From Octopus vulgaris (lineage: Eukaryota): a stretch of DNA of 64,000 nt. Location: NCBI GenBank assembly GCA_951406725.2, contig OX597818.1:135904001-135968000 (forward strand), given 5' to 3'. Both the position numbers and the translations under genes were made by a program. Of the stretch, positions 11,201 through 25,400 are shown piece by piece. The notes under the pieces were generated by a model. The model made no database searches and was not told the DNA's origin. It saw only the letters and a list, made by a program, of their open reading frames with translations. Each line of letters starts with the position of its first letter. The first letter of the stretch is position 1.

Positions 11201-14200
11201 AAAATTGAGAGAGTTTAAATAACAATGACATTCAATGTATTTATAAAGTGAGAAATAATGCATAGAAAAATGTTGTAAAAATTTTATTTGAAAATACAGG
11301 CTGAATTTCATTAATCTGGCAACTTAGGGGCTAAATAGGTGTCTGAGTAGCAAATTTTCTAAAACAGTGAAGATAAAAAAAAAAGGCAAAATAATTCTTA
11401 TATTGTATTATCATAGTGTATTAGTTTCTTAGTGGAGGCACGTGGCTTAGTGGTTAAGGTGTCAGCATCATGATCATAAGATTGTGGTTTCGATTCCTGG
11501 ACCAGGTGGCACGTCGTGTTCTTGAGCAAAACACTTCATTTCATGTTGCCCCAGTCCACTCAGCTGGCAAAAATGAGTAATGCTGCGATAGACTAGCGTC
11601 TGTCCAACTGGGGAACACATACGCCATTGACACTGGGAAGCCGGGCCCATGAGCCTGGTTAGGCTTTAAAAGGACGCATTTATTATTTTTTTTATTAGTT
11701 TCTTACTTATTTGACATCTTTATTACAAAGTGCGAGTTCTGTAACATTAGTATATTATGATACAAAAAATACATAGATTGTTAGAAAGATAAAGCCTACG
11801 GATGAGACCCATAAAACATTACATAAAATTTATGAGCAAAACTTCTACAGTAAATACAATTCTAAAACTTATTTATTTGGGAAGTGGATTGTTTCTACAT
11901 TAAATCTAAATCAAAGTTGAGTAACATCTGGGATGGTAACGTTCTTACTTTTGATGTTTGCAAACAATTTTATATTATTTTTCTTCATTTCTTAACATGA
12001 TTCACTGACAATGAACCATATTCCACACACAAGGTTGTTACTGATGTGCTATACGCTAGTATCTTTATTGACACCATTTGTAAAAGAACTGATGTAATAC
12101 ACAACAAAAACATGTTAACTCCAGGAGGTATATTTAAGAGTAAAATATTAATAAAAGGTCTAAAAAGTTCCTGTTTGTTATCATCAACGACAGTATATAC
12201 GTGAGACAGATGGAAATAACAAGGGTTACTGACAGTGCCACAGCTGGCCAGATAGTGGTCATGCAAACTATAATCACCATCAGATTCAAACAAGTATCCC
12301 AGACCATCAAAGCTGCCCGATTAATGAATGCCAGATTAGTGAAGTTCAACTTGTATATTATTTTGATCCTGAACTAAATTTGTACTTTTACAGATGAAAT
12401 TTTGTTATCGTGTACGTATCTTTGGGGAAGGTGCACACAAGCATTTTCATTTGTGCTTTTGTAAGCATACTCATTACATGCCACAATGCACAAGATTTTT
12501 AGAAAACTTCCTTCTGCTTTTAGTTTTATTTATCCACTTAAATAGTTTTAGTTACTTTACTAATACTTTTAGGTAAAACAGATATGATTAATATAATTAA
12601 TAATGTGTATATATAAAAAAATTAGCAGAATGAGATAAAAATCCAAGGCTGTGAAATATTTCAGAACATTTATAAATAGGCCTTACAGCTGTTTCTGGGA
12701 TATATGACCTATGTTGAACTCCCCATTCGCATAATCATTGAACCTGGAGCTTAACTATAATTATTAATGTAAATTTTGGTACTTCACAACTATTGTATAA
12801 TCATTGCTGTTGTACACATTACTTTTGAGTTAGACAACTAACAGAAAATTATTCAATTAACTTTACATTCTATTAATTCTAAATTTATTTTATTCATTTG
12901 ACTTCAATTTATATTGCTACCGAGTCTTCTAATTTGTTTCTTTGTAATATAAAGAATTTAATTGAAAATGCAACAATAGGAGCCAGAACATTTTCCATAT
13001 ATCTTTTCTGCAGACGATATAGAATATATATGGCATGCCATGAAATATATATAAGCAAATAGATTTAGAATTTTAACTTAAGGGATTAAAATGATAAATA
13101 ACAATAAAAAAAGAAAGAAAATAATAGCATATATTAAACATAAAGCTATAAACTGTTTGGTATTTGTTCTAAGCAATATTTTAAAATATTCCTTTCTACT
13201 ATAGGCACAAGGCCTGAAATTTTGGTAGGAGAGGATAAGTTGATTACATTGATCCCAGTGCTAAACTGGTACTTATTTCATTGACTCTGAAAGGCAAAGT
13301 TGACCTTGGCAGAATTTGAACTTAGAACATAAAGATGGACAAAATGTATTTTATCTGGTGAGCTAATGATTTTCTACCAACTTACTGTCTTAATATTTTA
13401 AAAATATTAAAAGTTAATTTCTTACGAAAAGAATGATTTTTTTTTTCAAATTAAACTTATCTGAATTCAAAACAGTAAAATTCTGATTTAAAAAAATTCT
13501 AATTGATACAATGAAGTCATTTTATTCGTATATCATTTTAATGACTTCCACCAGACATTTTTGATTAGCGATGATATCGATTTTAAGTTTCAGTTACAAT
13601 TTCATAATTCAAATGTTAAAATTTAAGTATTATTCCTTACTTTAAATAATACTTAAACGACAAATTTAATTAAAGGAAGAAAAATATTTGATTTAGTTTC
13701 ATGCAAAGGGAAACAATTACATCTTGAGTTATTTCCCTTACAAGCAAAATTATAGTTGTGTAAAATCAAGAAACAAATGTCACATTCCGCTTCATTTTCA
13801 CAAAATAACAATGCATTTCACATGTCGCACGAGATATTTTATTATAGGAGGCATTAGCAAGGCAAAATAATGAAACAAATAGGAAAAAATAAACTAAAGT
13901 AACACACAAACAACATTGACAACAATGATAAATTGTTTACTAGAGTCCAAATTTTTTTATATTCAGACAAATGTGCCAAAACAAAAACTCAATGGGAAGG
14001 TAAATAATAACACTGCATGCCCTGTGTATATGAGATATGGGTTGCTAATCATTGTTTCTATGAAAAATACTTACATTCTGCAGTTAATGGTACTATTTGT
14101 ATATCAGAATGTTCTGATAGATTATTTTCATTTTGATATTTTGTTATTTTTGTACTGATATCTGAAAGAAAGGGATGTGTTTAACACAAATAAATGGACA

Positions 14201-16405
14201 AGATGGAAATGAAAACAGAGAATGTGAAGATTAAATGAATAAATAAATGAATGAATGTAGATTTGTTTAAAAAAACTTTAAGAAGTTTAAGAAGATAAAA
14301 ATGTTTATCATATTTTTCATGTTGCGTTATTTATTCAGTGTCTGAAGTAATGAGACCAAATGTTCCAGAAAATTTCTTGAGAGGAACTTGTGTTCAAAGA
14401 ATGAAATGCTGGGATACTATAACTCAACCATAAAATGTAAGTGTTGATTGATAATTTCTAATATTTTTAAAGCAAAATATATAATGTCCAGCAGTAGATA
14501 TGTATGTATACCCAATGAACAACAGTAGAAAATATAGACATGTTTTTGGTGATTGTGATATAGTTTTCCAAATTATATTCTATACAACCATAGGAGAATT
14601 CTCAACAGTAATAGTATTAAAAAATGAAAAAAAAAAAAATGGATGTTTTAAGTATTGTTGAGTGAAACATAATGCAAATGTTTTATTGGTATAGGAACCA
14701 ACAATCTCACAACCTGGAGATCAGAACTTGACAGGCACTCAAGAGTTTTGGATACAATCATGAATAGATAAAATTATCTAATCAGTTTTGATTAGACGCA
14801 GCTGACTGTTTTGTTATCTAAGAGGCTGAATTATTGCTGGGGATCATAGTGACAAGTCAAGGAAATTGTAATCTGTGTTAGCAACAAAGATAGACCACTT
14901 TACTTTGATGAATTTAGAGGAGTGATAACATGGGTGGAACTAAGATTTCAATTGGAGGTTGCTGTGCACAGGAAGCATTTTCAATTATTAAAATGGACCC
15001 ACCACTAGTCCTCTACTCACATAGCATGGAACAAACTGCCGGCATCAGTTGTTAGTTGTCGGAGCACTGCATCCTTCAAAACTTCCATGCTTCCTGCGAT
15101 TTGCCAACACTACACCTGATTTTCTCCCCTCCATACACACACAAGCATGTATCTGACTCATACATTGTTCGCTTTCCAGGCATTTTTACATTACTGCATG
15201 TACTTTATATGCACTTTCTGACAAGTTGTGGTGCACCTGAGCACTGTATACAATAATTTCATTATTACTATTATTATTATAAAAGAAAACACCCCAAAAA
15301 TTAATATAAATGTTAAATATCGAGGATATTTGAAAGGTGACCTGGGGAAGTTTGTCTGAATCTGTTGAAACTCACTCCTACTGGCTATGGAGATGGTTAA
15401 TATAAAATAGTAAGTTTTTAATAATCAATATTGTTCAGTGCTGTTGATCTCATTTCTAATTCATAAATGACAACACACTTTGTGAATGAGATTTCAATTA
15501 TGTTAATGTTTCTTATTTCTTCCATATTGCAACAATCATATTGTCTTTGCACATTGGCAAAAAGCCTCAGTTTTGAAGGAGACTGAATCAATAAGCTATT
15601 AGAGTTTCTGTGTTGAAATGAAGTGTACTGGAAGAGTCACTCTAGACAATTAGCAACAGACAAAAACTGTTGAATTTGTTTTGGAATTTATTTCATGGGG
15701 TGTCAACATTTTCATCACACAACTGCACTCTGGTCACTCATGCAGTTTACTAGTAAGATATTATTGGTGTCCTCCCCTTTACACTTCATATTGACATTTC
15801 TGTGATAACGATCCCTATTGATCAATTTTTTTTCCTTTCCCTTTTTTTTCCCTCACCCCCCCTTTTTTTTATTAAAAATTTTATTTTATCCCCCCCCCTT
15901 TTTTTGTCCTCTTTCTTTCCATTTACGATCCCTTTTGATCGAAAACCAGACCCCCTTCTTTTACCCCCAAAAGAAAAGCTCTACCTTGTAATTTTGTCCT
16001 GTCTGTGTGCAGCCCTGTGTGGCTAATAAAGAAACATATTTTATTTCGAAGCTCTAATGTACTTTGTCAAACAACTGTGATATCATTCACTTCCCCAAGA
16101 TGATAAGTTTTAACAAACTTAAAGAGATATGAGATAGAAGAACCAACATTAAATTTTAGTCTGCACAAGGAGTAGAGATTTGTGATGTTCTTGAAATGAA
16201 ATTTCTGCATGAGGGAGATAGCAGGTAGTACTAGTCAAAATTGAATTATTTTGGCCAAAGGTAGCACTAGTCAAACATAGGAAATGAATATATGGCTGCA
16301 ATGAAAAAAAAATATTTACAATCAAGAAAATGACATTATATGGCTTAGACTCTGCTGCATGTGTAAAATGCTCCTCTCAGTTGTCTCCCTGAGTTCTATT
16401 GCTGA

Positions 16406-16450
<45 letters not shown>

Positions 16451-19400
16451 AGACCCACCCACCCCCACACACACAGACACATAGACACACAGACACACAC
16501 ACACACAAAAAAAAACTTAATAGCTTTTATGCTTCTTGTTGTTGGCTACCACCTGTACATTAATAAAGCCTATAAATTACCATCCGCAAGTCATTATTGT
16601 TATTATACAGGGAGAATTCACAACAAAGCAAAAGACGAAGACAGCAGGTGGTGTAGACAACAAACAGATGTATTAGTTTAATGCTCGGGAAGTGAAAAAG
16701 TCTTTAATGTTTCGAGCCTACACTCTTCCACAGAAAGAAACGAGGAGAGAAAATAAAGAATGTGTAGTGGCTAGCGATATATCATGGTGAATGCCGGACT
16801 GCGGAGTCACACAGGAGAGCTAGGAAGAAGGGGAGATAATAAAGTAGTCTTGATCCCAAAATGAAGGTGCACGTGCGTGTGTATAAGAGAGCATGTATTT
16901 TAGTGTAGAAGAGGGCTGGTGACCTTGATGTATGCATGTGTGTATGTGAAGGTGTGTGGATGATGGTGTGGGGCTGGGAAGTGGTCAGTGCTAGTGTGTG
17001 CATGGTAGTGTGATGGGATGGATAGGGAAGGTGGGGTTGGATTGTGTAGGGGAGGAGTTAAGAGGGAGGGGTGATGATGAAAGGAGAGGGGAAGGGAGAA
17101 GGTGGGTAGGAATGAAGAGAAGAGAGCAGTCGGAGTAAGATAGGAGATGTGGGTTGAGGAAGTAGGTGTGAGAAGGAGAGAGGAAAGGGAAGGAGATTAA
17201 TCCCTGTTCACGGCGAAAACAGGAGTCCAGATGGCCTCTGTGCAAGGAAAATCCGAACACAGACAGGTGTTGCAAAAAGTGACCGGTAGAGTGGAATTGG
17301 CGTGAGACTAGGGTGTCATTGCCGAGTTGGATGTCTTGGAGGTGTTCTACGAACCGGTCAGCCAAGTGGTATTCCATTTGCCCGATGTATAGAGAAGGGC
17401 AGAGAGAGCAGGAGATGCACTAGATGACATTGGTAAAAGTGCAGGTGAAGCTAGTTGGTGATATTATAGGGTCGATGATGGGTGCTGGTGAGGAGGGTGG
17501 TGTTGGAGAGGTAAGGGCAAGTGTGGCAGCACATGGGCGAGAGCAGAGGAACGAGCTGGGTTGGGAGGTTGGGTTAAGGAAGAAGCTGTGGACCAAGAGG
17601 TCTCATAGGTTGTGGGCTCGTTTGAAGGAGGTGAGGGGTCGGTTAGGGAAGATGTGCGAAATGGAGGGTGTCAGACTGGAGTTGCTCTTGCTTGTGTGGC
17701 ATGGTACAGAGTCCTGTTGCCAGACATAGGGTCTTCCAGTAGTCACTCTTTTGACTCAGGCCAGCACTACCTCCTCCAGGCACTTGATGTAGGCCTCTGT
17801 GTTGAGTCTGAGGCCGTGTGGGAAGATGAATGGAGTTATAACATCACCATCACTAGTGATCACACCAAACACAATGATGTTGACTGGATGTTTCATTTTT
17901 ATCATTCTTGGTATGGCTGTTCTGGGTGTTCACCGAGTTTTGGACATTTACACCCCCCATGGACAATTACTGAGGACAACAGATGATGATATTAGAGAGG
18001 GGGTAATGAACCAAAGGTCTTGGGGGTAGTTGTTGTCAGGAAGAAATTGTCGTATGGGGGGTAATTGTCCTGATACGGTGTTCACTATCTGATCCTGGCA
18101 GAGATTTTTCTTGTCTGGGAAAAACCAAAGCATGTTCAGTTGGAAAGAATGCTAGAGTTTGTTCAAAAGCTTCTTAGCATGGTCTTTCCTCTTGTCCTTG
18201 ATGGCTTGGGATAAAAATTGACCCTTTCTCATCATGTATGAAGAATACCGAATGTCTTCATGCACTACCTGACTGATAAGAAACTCAGACACTCCCATGT
18301 TCTTGGCGATGGACCTGATTGATTTGGAGGGATTGTTGTCAATCATGGCCTGGATCTCACCAACAAATTCAAGGGTTCTTTTCTTATCAGAATGATCAGA
18401 GTGAATTTTCTGAGATGCTGTACCCTCCTAATCCCCATTAGACTCATCCAAACTCTTTCCAAATCCTCTGCACTGTCCTCAGATTGGCACCCAAACTCTC
18501 TGAAATGTTCGTATTGGAGCTTCTGACGCAAATGCCAAACAGTATGGCATGTGTTTCCAAATTTCTGGCAGAGTGAATTGCATCATGGTGCTGTTTTTCT
18601 CACAGACGGTGCCCAACTGACCCTACTATACAGTGTAGTTGACAAAATCAAAAACAAACAATGTGCATGCATGAAATAAAAAATTGTATGTATGTAAGCT
18701 AGTTATACACAGTATATACATATGGGACAGATGGACGTGATCTTGATGATGTATAATAATGCTCCATCTTTCTCTCACAAGGAAGTGCTTATAGGAGGAG
18801 GAGAACAAGAGTTTACACAGAAATATGTGTTGAGGGCAGCAAAGCACTGTTCACTGCTTGAATCTAGCTGTCAGTAAAGACAACATGGGGAAAGAATGTA
18901 GAATACCAAACTATAAAAGTATGTATAAGGCAAGAAAGGAGAGAAGGATAAAAGAATGCAATAACTTATACGCCTGACACTGGTCAAAGAAACTAAACAT
19001 CGGGTTTAACTAGTGATAAGAAAAGCCAACAGTAGCTGGTTTATCAATGTGGAAGCACTCCGTCGGTTACGACGATGAGGGTTCTGGTTGATCCAAATCA
19101 ACGGAACAGCCTGCTCGTGAAATTAACGTGTAAGTGGCTGAGCACTGCACAGACACGTGCACCCTTAACGTAGTTCTCGGGGATATTCAGCGTGACACAG
19201 AGAGTGACAAGGCCGGCCCTTTGAAATACATGTACAACAGAAACAGGAAGTAAGAGTGAGAGAAAGTTGTGGTGAAAGAGTACAGCAGGGATCACCACCA
19301 TCCCCTGCCGGAGCCTCGTGGAGCTTTTTAGGTGTTTTCACTCAATAAACACTCACAACACCCGGTCTGGGAATCGAAACCGCGATCCTATGACTGCGAG

Positions 19401-22400
19401 TCCGCTGCCCTAACCACTGGGCCATTGCGCCTCCACTAGGTTTATCAATATCACTATAATGTTTTGAAAAAAACCATACAGATTAGATGAGAGTTACTAA
19501 GGGCAAGGGGGTCTATATAGGATTTCCAGTTGCAATTAATGACATACTGGTTTGTACAGAGAGGTTACTCCCAAATCTAGGTATTCTCAAGTGGAGGGTG
19601 TAATTGGAAAGGAGGTGGGCAAATTGCCTATAATTAAAGTTATAAACTTTTAAAACTTGTCCAATACTGTGGAAAAGAAAAGAAGAATTTCATGAATGTA
19701 AATTCCATTTTGTTTTCTCACTATTTTTTTTTTGTGGCAGGGCAGTATTTGTCAGTGCTCCAATCACCTATAGGGCAATATCTTTATTAATGAAAACAAA
19801 AGTAAATGATTCATTCATTCATTGTTCGACCGTGGTCGAGACAATGGAATTTACCATGCTACGCCAGACTTCACGGTCCATCATGGCATTACGGAGGTCC
19901 TGTTGCTGGATGCCTGTATCCCTGGAGATTACATCGGGGTAGGAGAGTGTGCGCCCTCTGGTATTGCGAGTAGATGGCTTCCAGAGGAGAAGAGTAGAAA
20001 TTACTTCTTTTTCAGCTCTACAACAATGTCCAGCAAACTGGACTCTCCTACCTTTCACAAGTAAATGATACTTGCATGAGAAAGGAACTTACAATGGTTT
20101 GAAAAAACAGACCACATTATAGAAGTGGTAGAAAGTGTTTTAAAGTTGGATTATATATGATTAGTTTGGACAATTAGACACCATGCTATCTCATAGAATA
20201 ACTATCAAAGAACATGTGACTATCAGGTTACATTTGGCTTTTACTGAATGTAACAGCAGGTTTGCATTTTATGGCAATATTAGGGATTGATGAAAGTGGT
20301 TCATGCTATATATGATCAATATAAGGTGTGCTGTGGGCACGTAACAAACACCATCTGAGCGTGGCTGTTCGCCAGCCTCGTCTGGCACCTGTGTTGGTGG
20401 CACATAAAAAGCACCCACTACACTCATGGAGTGGTTGGCGTTAGGAAGGGCATCCAGCTGTAGAAACACTGCCAGATCTGACTGGCCTGGTGCAGCCTTC
20501 GGGCTTCCCAGACCCCAGTTGAACCGTCCAACCCATGCTAGCATGGAAAGCGGACGTTAAACGATGATGATGATGATGATGATGATAGGCTATCCATTAA
20601 GGATAAAGCTCTGGGAAACAACTCTTCTACATTTCTTTCTAAAACTCATTTCTTTTAGTTTTTGCAGATGTTTGCAGGAAGGTACATAGCATGTTGGAGC
20701 AAATACCAGTTTATATATTCGTATACAAAGTAATTGAAAAGATAGATTGTGTTGTTAGGTATGTAGAAATAAATATTGTGAACATACACACACATAAAAT
20801 TTTTGAGAAATTTATGTGTATGGGGGGGGGGGGGGAGAGTCTGTTAAAGTTCACTTGAAGGCAAAGTAGTACAGAATGATGTTGACATTATTTTTTTAAA
20901 CAACTGCTGGTGGCACATAAAAAGCACTATCCGAACGTGGCCGATGCCAGTGCCGCCTTGGCTGGCTTCCATGCCGGTGGCACATTAAAAGCATCAACTG
21001 ATCATGGCCAATGCCAGACCCCCCTGGCACCTGTGCAGGTGGCACGTAAAAAGCACCCACTACACTCGCGGAGTGGTTGGCGTTAGGAAGGGCATCCAGC
21101 TGTAGAAACACTGCCAGATCAGACTGGAGCCTGGTGCAGCCCTGGCTTCCCAGACCTCGGTTGAACTGTCCAACCCGTGCTAGCGCGGAAAACAGATGTT
21201 AAACGATGATGAATGGATAACAGACAAAACGAAACTATCTTTACTAGTTATTATTTATTAGAATTTTAATAAATTGAGACTTATAGGTAAGTTAAATTCA
21301 TGAAGCCGATTTATTTATATACCGAAAATACTGCAAATTGAATTTCCAAAACTTAATGAACCAATGTTAAGGGAAATGTTACTCTTAAAAGTAATTATGG
21401 ATTGAGGAAATTTTACACTTCTTGCATCATCTTCACCGTCCTCATCTTACATCATCACTCCTCATATTTTCCTTGGTTTAACCCTTTAGCGTTCAGATTA
21501 TTCTGTTAAATGTAATACTTTTTCACTCAAATTATCTAATAGCTTTGAGGTTTCAATGATGTGAATATTTATTTTTAGAATGTCACTGTAGGTTAGGTGT
21601 GAGAGGCTGGATATCGCCAGTTTGAATATAAAACATGTATAATATATTGGGCCGGATGTGGCCGGTTTAAACATTAAAGGGTTAAATCTTCCACAGATCC
21701 CTTCCACTTTGAGTGCTCAGCTTTACCCAACTGTCATCCCCCAAATGTTCATACCAAATCAGTTTAACGTACTGCGTCTGATTTGTCATATACCCAATTT
21801 TTCTCTTACCTTATTTCTGCTCTGCTGTTCATGCAAACATTACAATTTCCAGCCTTTACACATCCTCCACCCACATACAGTGCCTGTTTCATTATCATGT
21901 ATAACAGTTTATTACACACATGTGAGTGAGAACACTTTGAGATATTTTTGGTATCTAACATATGTCAGATACTGCGAGCGCTGCTTCTGATTGGTCAATC
22001 CATGGTAATGACCCGAGGTCACGGTGACAGCACTACTTTTGTCATTCATAAGTTACAACTAAACTTCATTCATTACTTTCACGAGCAGGTAGAATGTAGC
22101 CATGTAATTAAACAAACATACTATCTTTTTTATACCAGATATCACTTAAAGTCATATACACATAAAATATAAACATTTCTGGTGATAATTCAATTTTTTG
22201 TTGCCAAAAAAATCACAACATATTTCGTCCAGTCATTTCACCTGAAAACTTAGCGCTATAAAGTCGGACTATCTTCCTGTGGCATGACATCTTTTACAGT
22301 TACACATTGTGACGTCACTGACGTGAAATCAAGCTGTATTCATGCGCGCTTCAACACGATGTGAAGAATTTAGTTATTGGGTTAATAAAATATGGTCGTT

Positions 22401-25400
22401 TATTCGTGTGTAATAAATAAAATACCAAACTCATTCCCTATGGATACCGTATTTATTACAATGAGTGGCTTGTAAATGTATCTAACGAGCGAAAGCAAGT
22501 TAAATACGTTTACAAGCCTCTTGTTGTAATAAATACGGTATCCATAGGGAATGAGTTTGGTATTCTCTATGTACGTTATACACAAGCATCAAACAATCTG
22601 ACTTTCATGTCTACTGCTGTCAATGATCTCTTCAGTAGCCTTTCACCCTGCCTAACATCCATGTCAATTGCCCCTCTGTCTCTTGTCACTCATCTGTCTC
22701 ACATCTCTATCACTCATCTGCCTGTCAATGTCACTCATGTTCCTTTTCCTCATGACTTTACCTCTCATGCTCTTGCTACCTGCACTCATTTATCTATTCC
22801 ACATCTTCCACCTCCTCTTATCAATCACACAATGCTGTTAGAATGACTAAGGAAAGCAGTGGTTCTTTTTTTCCCATTTGCCACACATTGCACTCCCTCA
22901 CTCTTACCTTTGTTGCTTGTCTTATGTTGGCCATACTTTATATTGATGCCCATATTTTTATTGATCATCTATTGTTTGCCATACATTGCATCTCTTCTGT
23001 AGACCAGTCAGAATCCGACTACATCTATTTTGATCCTCTTCCTTCATGTTGCTCACTGGTGTAGGACTTACCTATATTCCAATTACCATGCCACTATCTT
23101 CAACACCCAATCCCTCATACCCTTTTCATTGCCTATGCCCAAATGGTTATATTGGGCTACTTGTGTCCAGTTCACTGTGTTCAACCTCCTTCCTATACAG
23201 TTTGTCGTTATCCTATGTTAAACCCTTATAATTTTTATCCAATACAACTTGAACCTCTGGGTCTTTAGTCTTGTCAAGGGCATAACATCTCTGTAGTGCT
23301 GGTTGGCACATAGAAAGCACCCAGTATCATCTGTAAAGTTGTTGGTGTTAGGAAGAGCATTCAGCTGTAGCAACTGAGCCAAAATGAAATATAAGATGAG
23401 ATGCCCTCAACTTGTCATCTTGTCATCTCAGTCATACTGCCTTGAATATCTCAAAATACATATCTTCTATCACACATCCCTCTCACTCCTATCAGTGATG
23501 TTTTTATCACTCTGTAAAGGTGGAGAAGCAAGCAGAGACATGGAGTTATGAGGTCCCTATAGTTGTGTAAAGACACGGTCACTTCTTTAATGTTGGTGTA
23601 TCTAGTACACCCTGTAAAGTGCGAGGTTGTGAGAAGTCTTTAGTCTTGTCAAGGGCATAACATCTCTGTAGTGCTGGTTGGCACATAAAAAGCACCCAGT
23701 ATAATCTGTAAAGTTGTTGGTGTTAGGAAGAAGTGCATTCATCTGTAGCAACTGAGCCAAAATGAAATATAAGATGAGATGCCCTCAACTTCTCAAGGTG
23801 AACAGACACATGCAACCAATGCCAACATGGATAGAGGAAATAAAACAACGATGATGATGAAGATGACAGCAATGATGTTGACGATGATATGATGGTAGTG
23901 ATGTTTAACACCAACCTGTAATTGCTCTGTATATATATATTTTTTACAACACATTATTCGCTAGGCTGGAATGATGAAGGAATTCATTTCTGGTGAATAT
24001 TCTCTATCTATTTATATGTTTATATTTACTAATGCAGCCATTTGTGGGAGTGTCAGTCTCTTTGTACCTACTTCTTTCTTCCTATCTATATATATCTAAC
24101 TTTACATTTTATATACCTCTCTATTTATGTGTACTTTTATGAGTATGTGGTGTATAAGTGTATATGTGCATACACACACATGCTTATCTAATCTATGTAA
24201 CTCTGTTTATAAGCCTATCAGGCTGTCTCTCTTACTATAAATATCTTCATGTCTGTTTCTTTCTCTGTATATCGATCATCCTGTTTTTCTACCAATCTGC
24301 AGATATGAATATATCTACATATCACAGACCCCAGTCGAACCGTCCAACCCATGCTAGCATGGAAAACGGATGCTAAATGATGATGATGATGATGATGATG
24401 TTCACATGCACACACACGAACATACATGGATTTCCACATGAGCATACAAATCATCATCATCATCATTGTTTAATGTCCACATGCACACATACAAACATAC
24501 ATGGATTTCCACATGAGCATACAAATCATCATCATCATCATCATCATCATCCTCATCCTCATCGTTTAACGTCCGCTTTCCATGCTAGCATGGGTTGGAT
24601 GATTTTGACAGGGCTGGCGAACCAGATGGCTGCACCAGGCTTCAATCTTGATCTGGCAGAGCTTCTACAGCTGGATGCCCTTCTTAATGCCAAATCTACA
24701 TATATAAGTGTATATATCCATGTATATTCATGCACTTGCACATTCATATACACACATGTGCATATACACATATACATTAACATATTTTTTATTCGTTTCA
24801 CTCATTAGACTGTGGCCATGCAGGGGCACTGCCTTGAAGGATTTTAGTCTAATGACTAATAAGATACAAGTACTTATTTTTTAAGGTCTGGCACTTATTT
24901 TATAGGTTTCTTTTGCTGAACTGCTAAGTAATGGAGATGTAAACACATCAACACCAGTTGTCAAGTGGTATTGGGGGACAAACAGACACAAAGATACACA
25001 CACAGATATACATATATATATATATAATGGGCTTCTTTCAACTTCCTTTTACAAAATCCACTCACAAAGCGCTGGTTGGTTGGCCTGAGGCTATTGCAGA
25101 AGATGCTTGTCGAAAGTGCCACACAGTGGGACTGAACCTGGAATCACGTGGTTGGGAAGCAAACTTCTTACCACACGGCCACACTCTACCTATGTTTATA
25201 TTAAGAGTCTGTAACTTAAATCTACATTCTTCAAAAAGTTTCACAGATGTAAAATCACATGTTCATTCGGATGCTGCCAAGTGGAGAGATAAGATGGTCA
25301 CAAGTCCTAAAGATGGCTGTTTGTTATTAGATGATGTGTGCAGTTTGTTCTTATTATACACCTGTCTGCGTGCACACACACACACATGTAAATGATATAA

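Noticed and set aside
16991-17450. Functional GIY-YIG nuclease gene
   Set aside because: In-frame stop in the first motif, truncated, retroelement context
24377-24808. 143-aa His/Met-rich ORF
   Set aside because: Translation of (GAT)n/(CAT)n tails and repeat sequence
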